33,556 nt of DNA, from NCBI GenBank assembly GCA_035707845.1, contig DASSTP010000143.1:1-33556 (forward strand). The letters run 5' to 3'. Positions 1 to 8,866 of the stretch are shown here, in pieces. The translations under genes were made by a program, and so were the position numbers. This DNA comes from Gemmatimonadales bacterium (GTDB lineage: Bacteria; Gemmatimonadota; Gemmatimonadetes; Gemmatimonadales; GWC2-71-9). The notes below the pieces were generated by a model. That model searched no databases. It was not told the DNA's origin and worked only from the letters and a program-made list of their open reading frames with translations. Numbering within the stretch: position 1 is the stretch's first letter; each line of letters opens with the position of its first letter.

Positions 1-1078
1 GGTCGGCATTGGCGATCACCACGCCCAGCACGTTGTTGAGGTCGTGGGCGATGCCGCCGGTGAGCTGGCCCACCGCTTCCATCTTCTGGGCCTGGCGCAG
101 CTGCTCCTCCAGCGTGCGGCGGGTGCTGATGTCACGCGCGAGCGTCTGCAGCAGTCCGTCGTCGCGGCGCCGGGCCGATACTTCCACGGGAATCAGCGAG
201 CCGTCCTTGCGCCGCAGGACCCGCTCCTCGATCACGTGACGATCATGCTCCATCCGTGGCCAGTGGCCGCCGTGCCGCTCCATATCGCCGGGATCGACCA
301 GTGACTCCATGCGCATGCTGAGGAGTTCGGCGCGGCCATACCCCAGCATGGCGCAGGCCGCGGGATTCACGTCCACCAGGGTTCCATCTTCCCGCGCGAC
401 GAAGAAGCCGTCGGGCGCCTCACCCAGCAGCGTACGATAACGCTCCTCGCTTTCCTCCAGCGCGCGCTCGGCGGCGACGCGCGCCGTCATGTCGTGAATG
501 ATGGAGAACAGCATGGGACGGCCATCCATCTGGACCGGCCCGGCGTGCACTTCCACATCGCGGATGGCGCCGCTGGCGGTGCGGTGCTGGAAGATGAAGT
601 ACTCACCGCCCTCGCGCTGGGCGGAGGAGATGAGGTCGGTGACGCGGTCTGGTGGGAGGGTGTTGATGTCCTGGATGCGGCGGGCGAGCAGTTCGTCGCG
701 CCTCCACCCATAGAACTGCACGGCCGCCTCGTTGGCGTCCATGATGCGGCCGGTGGAAGCGTCGATCAGCATGCACGCCGCACTCGACAGCTCGAACATC
801 TGCCGGTGCCGCGCCTCGCTGGCGAGCAGCTCACGCCGGGCCGCGCGCATCAGCAGGTAGAGCAGCATCGCCGTGCCGGCGATGAAGAACATCCCCTTCA
901 CGGTCTGGAGGTTGGCGAGCAGCACCGAGTTGCCGCTGGAGAGAGCCTCGGCCGCGCGATCGCTGAAGAGGATCCAGAGGATGGCCGCAAGCAGGTAGCC
1001 GGCCGCAATGCGGCCGGGTGTCAGCACCAGATGGAGCGCACGCCGGTCCCGGCGGGCCTGATCCGGCTCGACCTGCAT
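1..1078 (-). CDS. PAS-domain sensor histidine kinase, 5' portion (3' end lies beyond the window start)
   Basis: The minus-strand frame is open from ATG (1078-1076) to position 1. The translation shows an N-terminal hydrophobic segment and two PAS-like blocks ([21 protein letters not shown]; [25 protein letters not shown]). The HisKA H-box region [29 protein letters not shown] lies at the window edge. It is absent from the ORF track because no stop lies inside the window. Confidence 0.85.
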   Translation of the reverse strand, partial: MQVEPDQARRDRRALHLVLTPGRIAAGYLLAAILWILFSDRAAEALSSGNSVLLANLQTVKGMFFIAGTAMLLYLLMRAARRELLASEARHRQMFELSSAACMLIDASTGRIMDANEAAVQFYGWRRDELLARRIQDINTLPPDRVTDLISSAQREGGEYFIFQHRTASGAIRDVEVHAGPVQMDGRPMLFSIIHDMTARVAAERALEESEERYRTLLGEAPDGFFVAREDGTLVDVNPAACAMLGYGRAELLSMRMESLVDPGDMERHGGHWPRMEHDRHVIEERVLRRKDGSLIPVEVSARRRDDGLLQTLARDISTRRTLEEQLRQAQKMEAVGQLTGGIAHDLNNVLGVVIANAD

Positions 1079-1133
1079 GGTACGGCTACCTCCTGCGTTC
1101 TGAGGGTGACAGTGAAAGCGGTGCCCGGCCCCA

Positions 1134-4124
1134 ATGTGCTCCCGTCACCTGACGGAGTGCATTGTGGGACGGTTGCCGGAACTGCTCAAGCGTGTTGCGT
1201 CGTCGGCCGATCTGTCGCCGCTCACGGCGGAATTCGGCGCCCAGCCCTGCTGGGTCGAGATCCCGCCGGCGCCCGGGTGCGCCCGGCTGGCCGTGGCCGG
1301 CCACGCCGCCGATTTCACCTGGCTCGCCGCGGAAGCCGAGGGACCGCCGCCGGTCGCCGTGCGGCGCCTGGCCCGGCGGCTGGCATCCGAGGGGCGCGCG
1401 GCCGGTGTCCTTGGATTCTACCCCGAAGCCCGGCGACTTGCGATTGCCGCCGGGGACCGGCATCTGGTGGTGGCACTGGATCAGCCCGCACCGGTGCACG
1501 TGGCGTGCCTTGCCCGGCTGGCCGACACTCCGGCCGACCTCTGGTACCCCGACCGGGTGCAGGCGGCGCTCTCGGGCAGCGAAGCGGGCGCCGCCTTCTT
1601 CCGCGACTTTCGCCAGGCAGTTGACCGCTTTGCGGCGGCGCTGCCCGGCGGGATGGCTCCGGATGATCGGCGCACGCTGGCGCTGGTGCAGCTCACCCGC
1701 ATGCTCTTCCTCTACTTCGTGGAGAGCAAGGGCTGGCTCGACGGTCATCCCGCCTTCCTGCGCGAGCAGCTCGACCAGTGCCTGGCCCGCGGGCGCAACG
1801 TCCATCGTCACCTCATCCAGCCGCTCTTCTTCGGCGCGCTCAATCGCCCGGCGCGGGCGCGGGCCGATTCCGTAAGAGCCTTCGGCCGCATTCCGTTTCT
1901 CAATGGCGGCCTCTTCGAGCCTCATCCCCTGGAGCAGGCGCACCGGGTGGCGCTGCCCAACGCGGTCTGGCGCGACGCGCTGGACCAGTTGTTCGAGCGC
2001 TACCACTTCACGGTGCACGAGAGCCAGGATGACGCCGCGTCCATAGCCCCCGACATGCTGGGACGGGTGTTCGAGGGAATCATGGCGCCGGACACTCGAA
2101 AGAGTTCCGGCACCTACTACACGCCGGCAGCGCTCGTGCGGCGCCTGGTGGACGCGGGACTGGCCGCGGCGCTCGCGGCGGGGGCGGGCCTGTCGGACGA
2201 GGAGGCATCCGCCCGGCTGGATGCGCGCGACCCCGCGATGATGCGGCGCGCCCTGGCCATGCGAGTGCTCGACCCGGCGTGCGGGTCCGGCGCCTTCCTC
2301 CTCGGCGCTCTCGAACGGCTCGCCGCGCTTCGGTCGCTGGGCGGTGATGCACCCGCGGCGGCACGCCGGGCCGTGCTGGCCCGGAACCTCTACGGCGTCG
2401 ATCTCGATCCGATGGCCGTGCGCCTCGCGGAGCTGCGCCTCTGGCTGGCGGTGGTGGCGGAGGAGCGCGACGTCACGCCGGAGACGGTGCGTCCGCTGCC
2501 GAACCTCGACTGTCTCATCCGCCAGGGCGATGCGCTGCTGGAACCACCGGAGCTCGGCCTGCCGCCTTCGCCACTCGCCTCCCGGCTGCGTGTGGTGCGC
2601 GAGACGCTGGTCCACGCGAGTGGCGACGCCAAGCGCGCGGCCACGCGCGACCTTCGCCGGCTGGAACTGGAGGCCGCCGTGGCCTCGCTCGTCATGGCCG
2701 AACAGCGGGTGACCAGGCGCATTCACGACCTGCTCGACGCCGCACGCGCCCCCGCACTGTTCGAGACGCCGGGCCGGCTGACGCGCGAGCACCGCGCTGA
2801 TCTCCGCCAGCTTCGGCGCGAGCTGCACCGGCTGCGTGGCAGCCGGCGGCGCGCGGTGCGCGAGGGGCAGCTGCCCTGGTTCAGCTTTGCCAGCCAGTTT
2901 GCCGATGTGATCGCCGATGGCGGATTTGACCTGGTGATCGGCAATCCGCCATGGGTGCGCGCCGAGACGCTGGCCCCGGCGCGGCGTGCAATGCTGATCC
3001 GGCGCTATCGGTCATGGCGAGGAGGAGGGACGGCAGGTTACCGGCACCAGCCCGACCTGGCGGTTGCCTTCCTGGAGCGCGCCATCGAGCTGAGCGCTCC
3101 GGCAGGGGCGCTGGCGCTGGTGCTTCCCTCCAAGGTGGCGACCGCCGGCTACGGTTGGGGGATACGCGGGCTGCTCACCGACCGCGCGACCGTTCACGCC
3201 GTGGTGCCGCTCGACCGGGCGGAAGAGGCACGCTTCGCGGCCACGGTGTATCCCATGGCGCTGATCGCGACACGCCGCCAGCCGCCGCCGGGACGGCTGG
3301 TGCGCTCCACACTCGAGCCCGCGCCAGGCGGCACCCCGCTTTCGTTCTACGGCGAGGGCCCGTGGATCATGCGTGGGGGGCGCGCTCCCGCCGTGGTCGA
3401 GGCGCTGGCCACCTCGCATCCGCTCTTCGGCCAGGTCTATCGCTGCCGGCTCGGCGTCAAGACCGGCGCCGACCGCGTCTTCATCGATCCCACCGACGTG
3501 GAAGCACCGCTGTTGCGGCCGCTCCTGCGTGGGCGCGATGTGCGCGCCTTCCACGCGTCGCCGCAGCACACGCTGCTCTGGACCTGTGACGACGATGGCG
3601 TACCACTTACCGACCTGCCGCCGCGCGCCTCGGAGTGGATTGCGTCGCATCGGCGCCAGCTGCTTGCCCGGCGAGACTACCAGGATGGTCCGGCCTGGCA
3701 GCTGTTCCGGACCCGTGGGGCCACCGAACGCTTTCGCGTCGTGTGGCCGGACCTCTCGCGCCAGCTGGTGGCGGCCCCCCTGCTTGGCCCGCTCCGTCGC
3801 GCCATTCCCCTCAACAGTTGCTATGTCGGCAGCATGCCGGATCGGGATGAGCTCCTGGCCGTCACCGGCTGGCTCAACGCGCCCCTGGTCCGCGCCATTG
3901 CCCGCGCCGGCACCACGGAAGCATCGGGCGGCTTTCGCCGGTTCAATGCGACGGTCGTTGGCCGGATTCCGTTTCCCCTCGCGGCCCGCGCGCACCCGGC
4001 ACTGGTGGAGCTGGCGACTGCCGCCGTTCGGGGCGCACCATCGTATCCCGATCTCGACGCCATCGTTGCCGACCTGCTTGGGGTGGATCACCGCGATCGG
4101 CGAGCGTTGCATGCACTGGCCTGA
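1134..4124 (+). CDS. N6-adenine DNA methyltransferase, Eco57I/PglX-like gamma class with TaqI_C-like specificity domain (996 aa)
   Basis: ORF track 1134..4124. It has the SAM motif [15 protein letters not shown] and the catalytic [11 protein letters not shown] (NPPW codons 2943-2954). The MmeI/PglX-type helical region is present ([43 protein letters not shown]). The tail is TaqI_C-like ([23 protein letters not shown]). An in-frame GTG at 1164 is an alternative start. Confidence 0.85.
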   Translation: MCSRHLTECIVGRLPELLKRVASSADLSPLTAEFGAQPCWVEIPPAPGCARLAVAGHAADFTWLAAEAEGPPPVAVRRLARRLASEGRAAGVLGFYPEARRLAIAAGDRHLVVALDQPAPVHVACLARLADTPADLWYPDRVQAALSGSEAGAAFFRDFRQAVDRFAAALPGGMAPDDRRTLALVQLTRMLFLYFVESKGWLDGHPAFLREQLDQCLARGRNVHRHLIQPLFFGALNRPARARADSVRAFGRIPFLNGGLFEPHPLEQAHRVALPNAVWRDALDQLFERYHFTVHESQDDAASIAPDMLGRVFEGIMAPDTRKSSGTYYTPAALVRRLVDAGLAAALAAGAGLSDEEASARLDARDPAMMRRALAMRVLDPACGSGAFLLGALERLAALRSLGGDAPAAARRAVLARNLYGVDLDPMAVRLAELRLWLAVVAEERDVTPETVRPLPNLDCLIRQGDALLEPPELGLPPSPLASRLRVVRETLVHASGDAKRAATRDLRRLELEAAVASLVMAEQRVTRRIHDLLDAARAPALFETPGRLTREHRADLRQLRRELHRLRGSRRRAVREGQLPWFSFASQFADVIADGGFDLVIGNPPWVRAETLAPARRAMLIRRYRSWRGGGTAGYRHQPDLAVAFLERAIELSAPAGALALVLPSKVATAGYGWGIRGLLTDRATVHAVVPLDRAEEARFAATVYPMALIATRRQPPPGRLVRSTLEPAPGGTPLSFYGEGPWIMRGGRAPAVVEALATSHPLFGQVYRCRLGVKTGADRVFIDPTDVEAPLLRPLLRGRDVRAFHASPQHTLLWTCDDDGVPLTDLPPRASEWIASHRRQLLARRDYQDGPAWQLFRTRGATERFRVVWPDLSRQLVAAPLLGPLRRAIPLNSCYVGSMPDRDELLAVTGWLNAPLVRAIARAGTTEASGGFRRFNATVVGRIPFPLAARAHPALVELATAAVRGAPSYPDLDAIVADLLGVDHRDRRALHALA

Positions 4125-6333
4125 CCCGGCGCCGCTGATCGTGGCGGAGTCACTGCGGCTTGCCGCCGAGCCGCCGGTGCCGGCGCAGGACCTGTCGCCC
4201 GCGTCATCGGCAACCGTGGCGGCATCGCTAGCGCGACTTGCATGTCCACGCATGGCACCCGACGTCCCACCGCCCTGGCTGCGGCCGGCGCAGGTGGAGC
4301 CGTGGCGCAGGGTGGTGAGCGCGGTACGCGGATTTCGCGGCGCACTGCTGGCGGAGCCGCCAGGCACCGGCAAGACCTGGATCGCGCTTGCCGCGGCGCT
4401 GGCCCTCACGCGGCGGCCCGTCGCCTGCCTGGTGCCGGCGGTGGTCCAGGCGCAGTGGCGCGTCGTGGCCGCGCGCATCGGCGTACCCTTGTCGATTGGC
4501 ACGCACGAGCAGGCGAGTCGCGGCCGGCTTCCATCCTGTCACGAACTGGTGATCGTGGATGAGAGCCACCATTACCGGAACGCGGCCATCAAGCGCTATG
4601 CGCATGTGGCGCGCTGGATGGCCGGTCGGCAGTCGATCCTGCTGTCGGGAACGCCGGTGGTCAATCGGCTGGACGACCTGCTCCACCAGCTCGCACTCGC
4701 CATCCGGGATGATGCGCTCGCACTTCATGGCCTGCCGTCGCTCCGCGCGCTGGGCCAGCGGCCGGAGTTTCCCGAAGCGATGACACGTATCGTGATCCGC
4801 TCGCCGGCACCCAGCGCCCTGCCCAGGCAGCGGTCTCGAACGGTGCATTTCCGCCTGGGGCTGCGCGTGAGCCATGTGCTTCGTGCCATTCGCGCGCTTG
4901 ACATCAGCCCTGACCGGGGTGTGCGGACCCTGGTGCGGGGCGTGCTCATGCGGGCAGCGGCGTCCAGTCCGGCCGCACTCGCTGGTGCACTGAGGCGCTA
5001 TGGCTTCCTGCTCGCCAATCACGCCGACGCGGTGCGGTCGGGGTGCGCGGTGAGTCGCGACGACCTGCGGCGATGGGCCGGCGCCGGAGGCGAGCAGACG
5101 GTGATGTGGGCCATCGTGCGCGACGGCAGTGAGGGCGCCCAGCTCTGTCCCGATGACGCCGTGCGGGTCCGCGCGCTGCTCGCACTGCTGGCCGACATCA
5201 CGCCCGCCGACGATCCCAAGGCGGCCCTCCTCGCCAACCTGCTGGCTGACGGACGGCGAACCCTGGTCTTCACCTGCTCACGCGAGTCGGTGGCCTGGCT
5301 TCGCCGCGCACTCGGCTATCACCGCACCGCATGGTGCACCGGCGAGGGCGCCGGCATCGGCATGGCGCGCTGGCCTCGTGACGAGGTGCTGCGACTGTTC
5401 GGACCCGATGCAAGGGAGCAGGCACCTGCCATCCTTGTCAGCACCGACATCGCCGCCGAAGGGCTCGACCTGCAGCGCGCCGAACGCGTCGTCCACTATG
5501 ACCTGCCCTGGACGCCAGCTCGGCTGGCGCAGCGGGTGGGCCGGGCAGCGCGCCTCGGTGCGGCCGTGGCCGAGGTGGAGGTGGTGCGATTCGATCCGCC
5601 TCGCATGATCGAGCGAGCCATCCATTCGGTGCGCATCCTGAAGGAAAAGGCGGAGTTGCCACAGCGCGCCCGGCTGGTAAACGTCGGGCTGGGCGGATGG
5701 CCCCCGGTCGTAGCCAACGCCGGCGCCGCTGCGGCCTCTCGCGGTGGCATTGCCGTGATCGCTGACACCACGCGCCAAGGCGTCCTGGCCGGTCTCGAGA
5801 TCACCGGCTTCGACGAGCAGGGCCGCCTGGTATCGGGTGGACGATTGCTCTGGGTAGATGCCCAGGGGTGGAGCGACCGACTCGCCGACCTCACCGGTCC
5901 GCTGGTCGAAGCGCTCGCAGCCGATGGCGAACCACCGCCGGGCGAGCGCATCCGGCGCATGGCGCGTGCAAAGGTGGATGTGGCCGTCAACCAGCTTCTC
6001 AGTACGCTCAATGGCAGCATCTGGGAACGGAGCCGGCGGCCGGAACTCGCCGCGCTGATCGAGCGGCTCCGTCACGTGCGGCGCCGGGCAGTGGAGCAGC
6101 GTGACGCGGCGACCGCGGGGCTGGTGTCCGGTGTGCTGCGGCTGGCCGCCTCCGGCCGCACGGCGGGTGAAACCCTCCTGCTCAAGGAACTCACCCGTAC
6201 GTCGGGTCGCTCCGCGCTCCGGGCCATGGCGCTCCTCCCCCGCGCCCGGCCGGTCCAGCGGTTCGAGGTGCGGGTGGCAGGGGTGGTTGTATTTGAAGAT
6301 GGACAGCTGGACAGGTGGACAGATGGACAGTGA
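4111..6333 (+). CDS. SNF2-family SF2 helicase/translocase (740 aa from ATG 4111)
   Basis: Same frame as ORF 3373..6333, but its first 246 codons overlap the methyltransferase gene. The ATG at 4111 overlaps the MTase TGA (4122-4124) by 14 nt. Motifs: LRPAQ, AEPPGTGKT (GTGKT codons 4363-4377), VIVDESHH (DESH 4558-4569), LLSGTPVVNRLDDL, STDIAAEGLDLQ, DLPWTPARLAQRVGRAARLG. ATG 4252 (MAPDVPPPW) is an alternative start. Confidence 0.8.
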   Translation: MHWPDPAPLIVAESLRLAAEPPVPAQDLSPASSATVAASLARLACPRMAPDVPPPWLRPAQVEPWRRVVSAVRGFRGALLAEPPGTGKTWIALAAALALTRRPVACLVPAVVQAQWRVVAARIGVPLSIGTHEQASRGRLPSCHELVIVDESHHYRNAAIKRYAHVARWMAGRQSILLSGTPVVNRLDDLLHQLALAIRDDALALHGLPSLRALGQRPEFPEAMTRIVIRSPAPSALPRQRSRTVHFRLGLRVSHVLRAIRALDISPDRGVRTLVRGVLMRAAASSPAALAGALRRYGFLLANHADAVRSGCAVSRDDLRRWAGAGGEQTVMWAIVRDGSEGAQLCPDDAVRVRALLALLADITPADDPKAALLANLLADGRRTLVFTCSRESVAWLRRALGYHRTAWCTGEGAGIGMARWPRDEVLRLFGPDAREQAPAILVSTDIAAEGLDLQRAERVVHYDLPWTPARLAQRVGRAARLGAAVAEVEVVRFDPPRMIERAIHSVRILKEKAELPQRARLVNVGLGGWPPVVANAGAAAASRGGIAVIADTTRQGVLAGLEITGFDEQGRLVSGGRLLWVDAQGWSDRLADLTGPLVEALAADGEPPPGERIRRMARAKVDVAVNQLLSTLNGSIWERSRRPELAALIERLRHVRRRAVEQRDAATAGLVSGVLRLAASGRTAGETLLLKELTRTSGRSALRAMALLPRARPVQRFEVRVAGVVVFEDGQLDRWTDGQ

Positions 6334-6464
6334 TGGTCGCAGGTCGCAGGTCACAAGTCGCGCGTGCTCGACCGCTGACGACCACTGTCCAACTGTCCAA
6401 CTGTCCAACTGTCCAACTGTCCAACTGTCCAACTGTCCACCTGTCCACCTGTCCATCCGTCCGT
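6301..6464. repeat. Opposed arrays of tandem octamers: GGACAGNT x4 (6301-6330) facing CTGTCCNN x9 (6385-6456, plus degenerate CCGTCCGT), with GGTCGCA-type heptamers (6335-6362) between them
   Basis: Read directly. The left arm is GGACAGCT GGACAGGT GGACAGAT GGACAG. The right arm is 6x CTGTCCAA, 2x CTGTCCAC and 1x CTGTCCAT. GGACAG is the reverse complement of CTGTCC. The inner segment is GGTCGCA GGTCGCA GGTCACA AGTCGCG. The helicase stop TGA (6331-6333) sits between the arrays. Confidence 0.9.
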
Positions 6465-6478
6465 CTATATTTGCTGCC

Positions 6479-7147
6479 ATGCCCCAGCTCACCACGGTGC
6501 TGTTCGACCTCGACGGCACCATCATCGATTCGGTCGGCCTCATCATTGACAGCTATCACCACACGTTGCGCATGCACGGCCTGCCGGCGCGCACTGATGA
6601 GGAGTGGCTGGCGGGGATCGGCACGCCGCTCCGGGTGCAGTTCGCCGAGTGGGCGGAGCAGCCCGGCATCGAGGCGATGATCGCGACCTACCGGGACTAC
6701 AACCTGACCCATCACGACAGCCGGGTCCTGGCCTATCCCGGCGTCGCCGACATGGTGCGCGGCATCCGGGCCATGGGCCTCCGGACCGGCCTCGTCACCA
6801 GCAAGAACCGCTCGGGCGCCGAGCGCGGGCTGCGGGTGGCCGGGCTCGAGGGAACCATGGAAGTGATCATCGGCGCGGATGACGTGGAGAACCCCAAGCC
6901 CCATCCCGAGCCGGTGTTCCGGGCGCTGGACCATCTGGGCGTCAGCGCCGGGGAGTCCATCTACGTGGGCGACAGCGTGCACGACATGCAGGCGGGACGT
7001 GCAGCCGGCGTCCGGACGGCGGCGGTGCTCTGGGGCCCGTTCGCGCGGCCCCACCTGGAGCCCGCCCTGCCCGATCACTGGCTCGAGCGGCCCGACCAGC
7101 TGCTCCAGCTGGCGCGCACCCTCGCACCCACCGCCCTCGCCAACTGA
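6479..7147 (+). CDS. HAD-superfamily hydrolase (phosphoglycolate phosphatase / PpaX-like), 222 aa
   Basis: Internal ATG 6479 of ORF 6101..7147; upstream of it the frame only translates the octamer repeats. HAD motifs: VLFDLDGTIIDS (motif I), LVTSK (II), YVGDSVHDMQAGRAAG (III/IV). Confidence 0.85.
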   Translation: MPQLTTVLFDLDGTIIDSVGLIIDSYHHTLRMHGLPARTDEEWLAGIGTPLRVQFAEWAEQPGIEAMIATYRDYNLTHHDSRVLAYPGVADMVRGIRAMGLRTGLVTSKNRSGAERGLRVAGLEGTMEVIIGADDVENPKPHPEPVFRALDHLGVSAGESIYVGDSVHDMQAGRAAGVRTAAVLWGPFARPHLEPALPDHWLERPDQLLQLARTLAPTALAN

Positions 7148-7173
7148 ACCCCGCGACTGCCAGGACCTGATAG

Positions 7174-7794
7174 ATGCGCCTCCTGCCCCGTGACGAGAAG
7201 TTCTTTGACCTCTTCCGCACCGTGGCCCAGCTCAATGTGGACACGGCCCGGCTGCTGCAGGATCTCATCGCCGCCGACCCCGGCCGGCGCCGCCCGATCG
7301 TGGATGCCATCAAGCGCAAGGAGCACGAGGCCGACGAGGTGACCCACGATGTCGTGGGCCGGCTCGACCGGACCTTCATCACGCCGCTCGACCGCGAGGA
7401 CATCCACATGCTCGCCTCGCGGCTGGATGACGTGATGGACCTGATGGACGGCACGGCCCGGCGGATCCAGATGTTCCATGCCGGCCAGGCGCCCTCAGGC
7501 GCCGGGCTGATGGCGGACGTCATTCGCCGCACCTGCGAGCAGCTGCTCATTGCCGTCACCTCGCTCGAGCGGGATCGCAACGGCGCGGTGCTGGAGGCGT
7601 GCAAGCAGGTGAAGGCGCTGGAGGAGGAGGGCGACTCGCTCTATCACGAGTGGGTGGGCCAGCTCTTCGAGGGCTCCCCCGACGCGCTCCAGGTCATCAA
7701 GTGGAAGGGCATCTACGACAACCTGGAACGCACCCTGGACCAGGCGGAGGACGTCTCCAACGTCCTCGAGTCCATCTTCATCAAGCACGCCTGA
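7174..7794 (+). CDS. DUF47 / PhoU-like accessory protein of PiT phosphate transporters
   Basis: ORF 7174..7794. The N-terminus LLPRDEKFFDLF and the helical EHEADEV...DREDIH...LEEEGD pattern are typical of the YkaA/DUF47 family. It lies immediately upstream (2-nt gap) of a PiT transporter gene. Confidence 0.85.
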   Translation: MRLLPRDEKFFDLFRTVAQLNVDTARLLQDLIAADPGRRRPIVDAIKRKEHEADEVTHDVVGRLDRTFITPLDREDIHMLASRLDDVMDLMDGTARRIQMFHAGQAPSGAGLMADVIRRTCEQLLIAVTSLERDRNGAVLEACKQVKALEEEGDSLYHEWVGQLFEGSPDALQVIKWKGIYDNLERTLDQAEDVSNVLESIFIKHA

Positions 7795-7796
7795 GC

Positions 7797-8825
7797 ATGG
7801 AGCCGACCATCGGGCTGGTGCTGGGCATCATCGCGGTCGCGCTCTTCTTCGATTTCATCAACGGGTTTCACGACAGCGCTAATTCCATCGCCACCGTCGT
7901 CTCCACCCGCGTGCTGTCACCCGGTGTGGCGGTCTTCTGGGCGGCGTTCTTCAATTTTGCCGCGGCATTCATCGTGGGCACCGCCGTGGCCAGGACCATC
8001 GGCGCCGGCCTGGTGGACCCCGCGGTCGTGGATCCAATCGTGGTGCTAGCCGGCCTGCTCGGCGCCATCGTGTGGGACCTGATCACCTGGTGGCTCGGGC
8101 TGCCGACATCGTCGAGCCATGCACTGCTGGGCGGCTACGGCGGCGCCGCCATCGCGAAGGGCGGCTTCAACGCTCTGATCCTGGGCGGCTGGGTCAAGCC
8201 GATTCTGTTCATCGTGATCTCGCCCGTGCTGGGCCTCATTCTCGCGCTCTCCATCACCGTCCTGCTCAGCTGGCTGCTGCGCTTCGCCCGGCCCGGACCG
8301 GTGGATCGCGCATTCCGCAGGCTGCAGCTCGTCTCGGCAGGACTCTATTCCCTCAGTCATGGCGCCAATGACGCTCAGAAGACCATGGGCATTGTGGTGG
8401 GGCTGCTGGTGTCCACCCAGGCGCTCTTCGCCAATTCGACGGGCTGGATGCACCACCTCTACCTGCCGAACGCCGACCATGTCCCGCTTTGGATCGAGAT
8501 GGGCGCCTACACCGCGATTGCGCTCGGTACGGCAATGGGTGGCTGGCGAATCGTGAAGACCATGGGCACGCGCATCACCCGCCTGCGCCCGTTCGGCGGA
8601 TTCTGCGCCGAGACCGCCGGCGGCATCTCGGTGCTGATCGCGTCGGCGCTGGGTGTGCCGGTGAGCACCACCCATACCATCACCGGCGCCATCGTCGGCG
8701 TGGGCGCGGCCCAGCGTCCCACGGCAGTGCGCTGGAACGTCGCCACGCGCATCGTCTGGGCGTGGGTGCTGACGATCCCGCTCGCCGCAGTGATTGCGGC
8801 GTTGTGTTATCTGAGCCTGAGGTGA
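7797..8825 (+). CDS. Inorganic phosphate transporter, PiT family (342 aa)
   Basis: Internal ATG 7797 of ORF 7599..8825, 2 nt after the DUF47 stop. The duplicated PiT signature is present: FDFINGFHDSANSIATVV near the N-terminus and SLSHGANDAQKTMG in the second half. The protein is polytopic and hydrophobic. Confidence 0.9.
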   Translation: MEPTIGLVLGIIAVALFFDFINGFHDSANSIATVVSTRVLSPGVAVFWAAFFNFAAAFIVGTAVARTIGAGLVDPAVVDPIVVLAGLLGAIVWDLITWWLGLPTSSSHALLGGYGGAAIAKGGFNALILGGWVKPILFIVISPVLGLILALSITVLLSWLLRFARPGPVDRAFRRLQLVSAGLYSLSHGANDAQKTMGIVVGLLVSTQALFANSTGWMHHLYLPNADHVPLWIEMGAYTAIALGTAMGGWRIVKTMGTRITRLRPFGGFCAETAGGISVLIASALGVPVSTTHTITGAIVGVGAAQRPTAVRWNVATRIVWAWVLTIPLAAVIAALCYLSLR

Positions 8826-8866
8826 CCAGGCCGGCGCCAGACGTCCGGCGCCCGACGCCAGGCGCA

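Noticed and set aside
3373-4110. The ORF-track start at 3373 for the helicase, which would give a 986-aa protein.
   Set aside because: The first 246 codons lie entirely inside the methyltransferase gene in another frame and translate to low-complexity Arg/Pro/Ser sequence. The ATG at 4111, overlapping the MTase stop, is the natural coupled start.
1134-4124. Calling the 996-aa protein a type IIG restriction-modification enzyme (MmeI-like), or the pair a type III or type ISP R-M system.
   Set aside because: No PD-(D/E)xK, Mrr, HNH or PLD nuclease motif is visible in either protein, and the N-terminal ~198 aa of the MTase has a single Lys. Without a profile search I can only call it methyltransferase plus helicase.
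1079-6478. Treating the methylase-helicase module as a mobile or genomic island. This included an 8-nt match, GACAGTGA, at about 1107-1114 and 6326-6333, considered as possible target-site duplication.
   Set aside because: There is no integrase, transposase, tRNA or long direct repeat. Codon bias and GC look the same as in the flanking genes. An 8-nt match between two short gaps is not unlikely by chance, and one copy is just part of the octamer array.
6315-6680. ORFs that translate the repeats into peptide repeats. Examples: 6315..6680 (VQLSNCPTVQLSN), 9653..9853 (SQLTAHSSQLTA), and the N-terminal MPHAS/MPHAP stretches of 18713..20551 and 20541..21236.
   Set aside because: A 7- or 8-nt period is not a multiple of 3, so the reading frames rotate through the array. 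The segments are intergenic by every other criterion.
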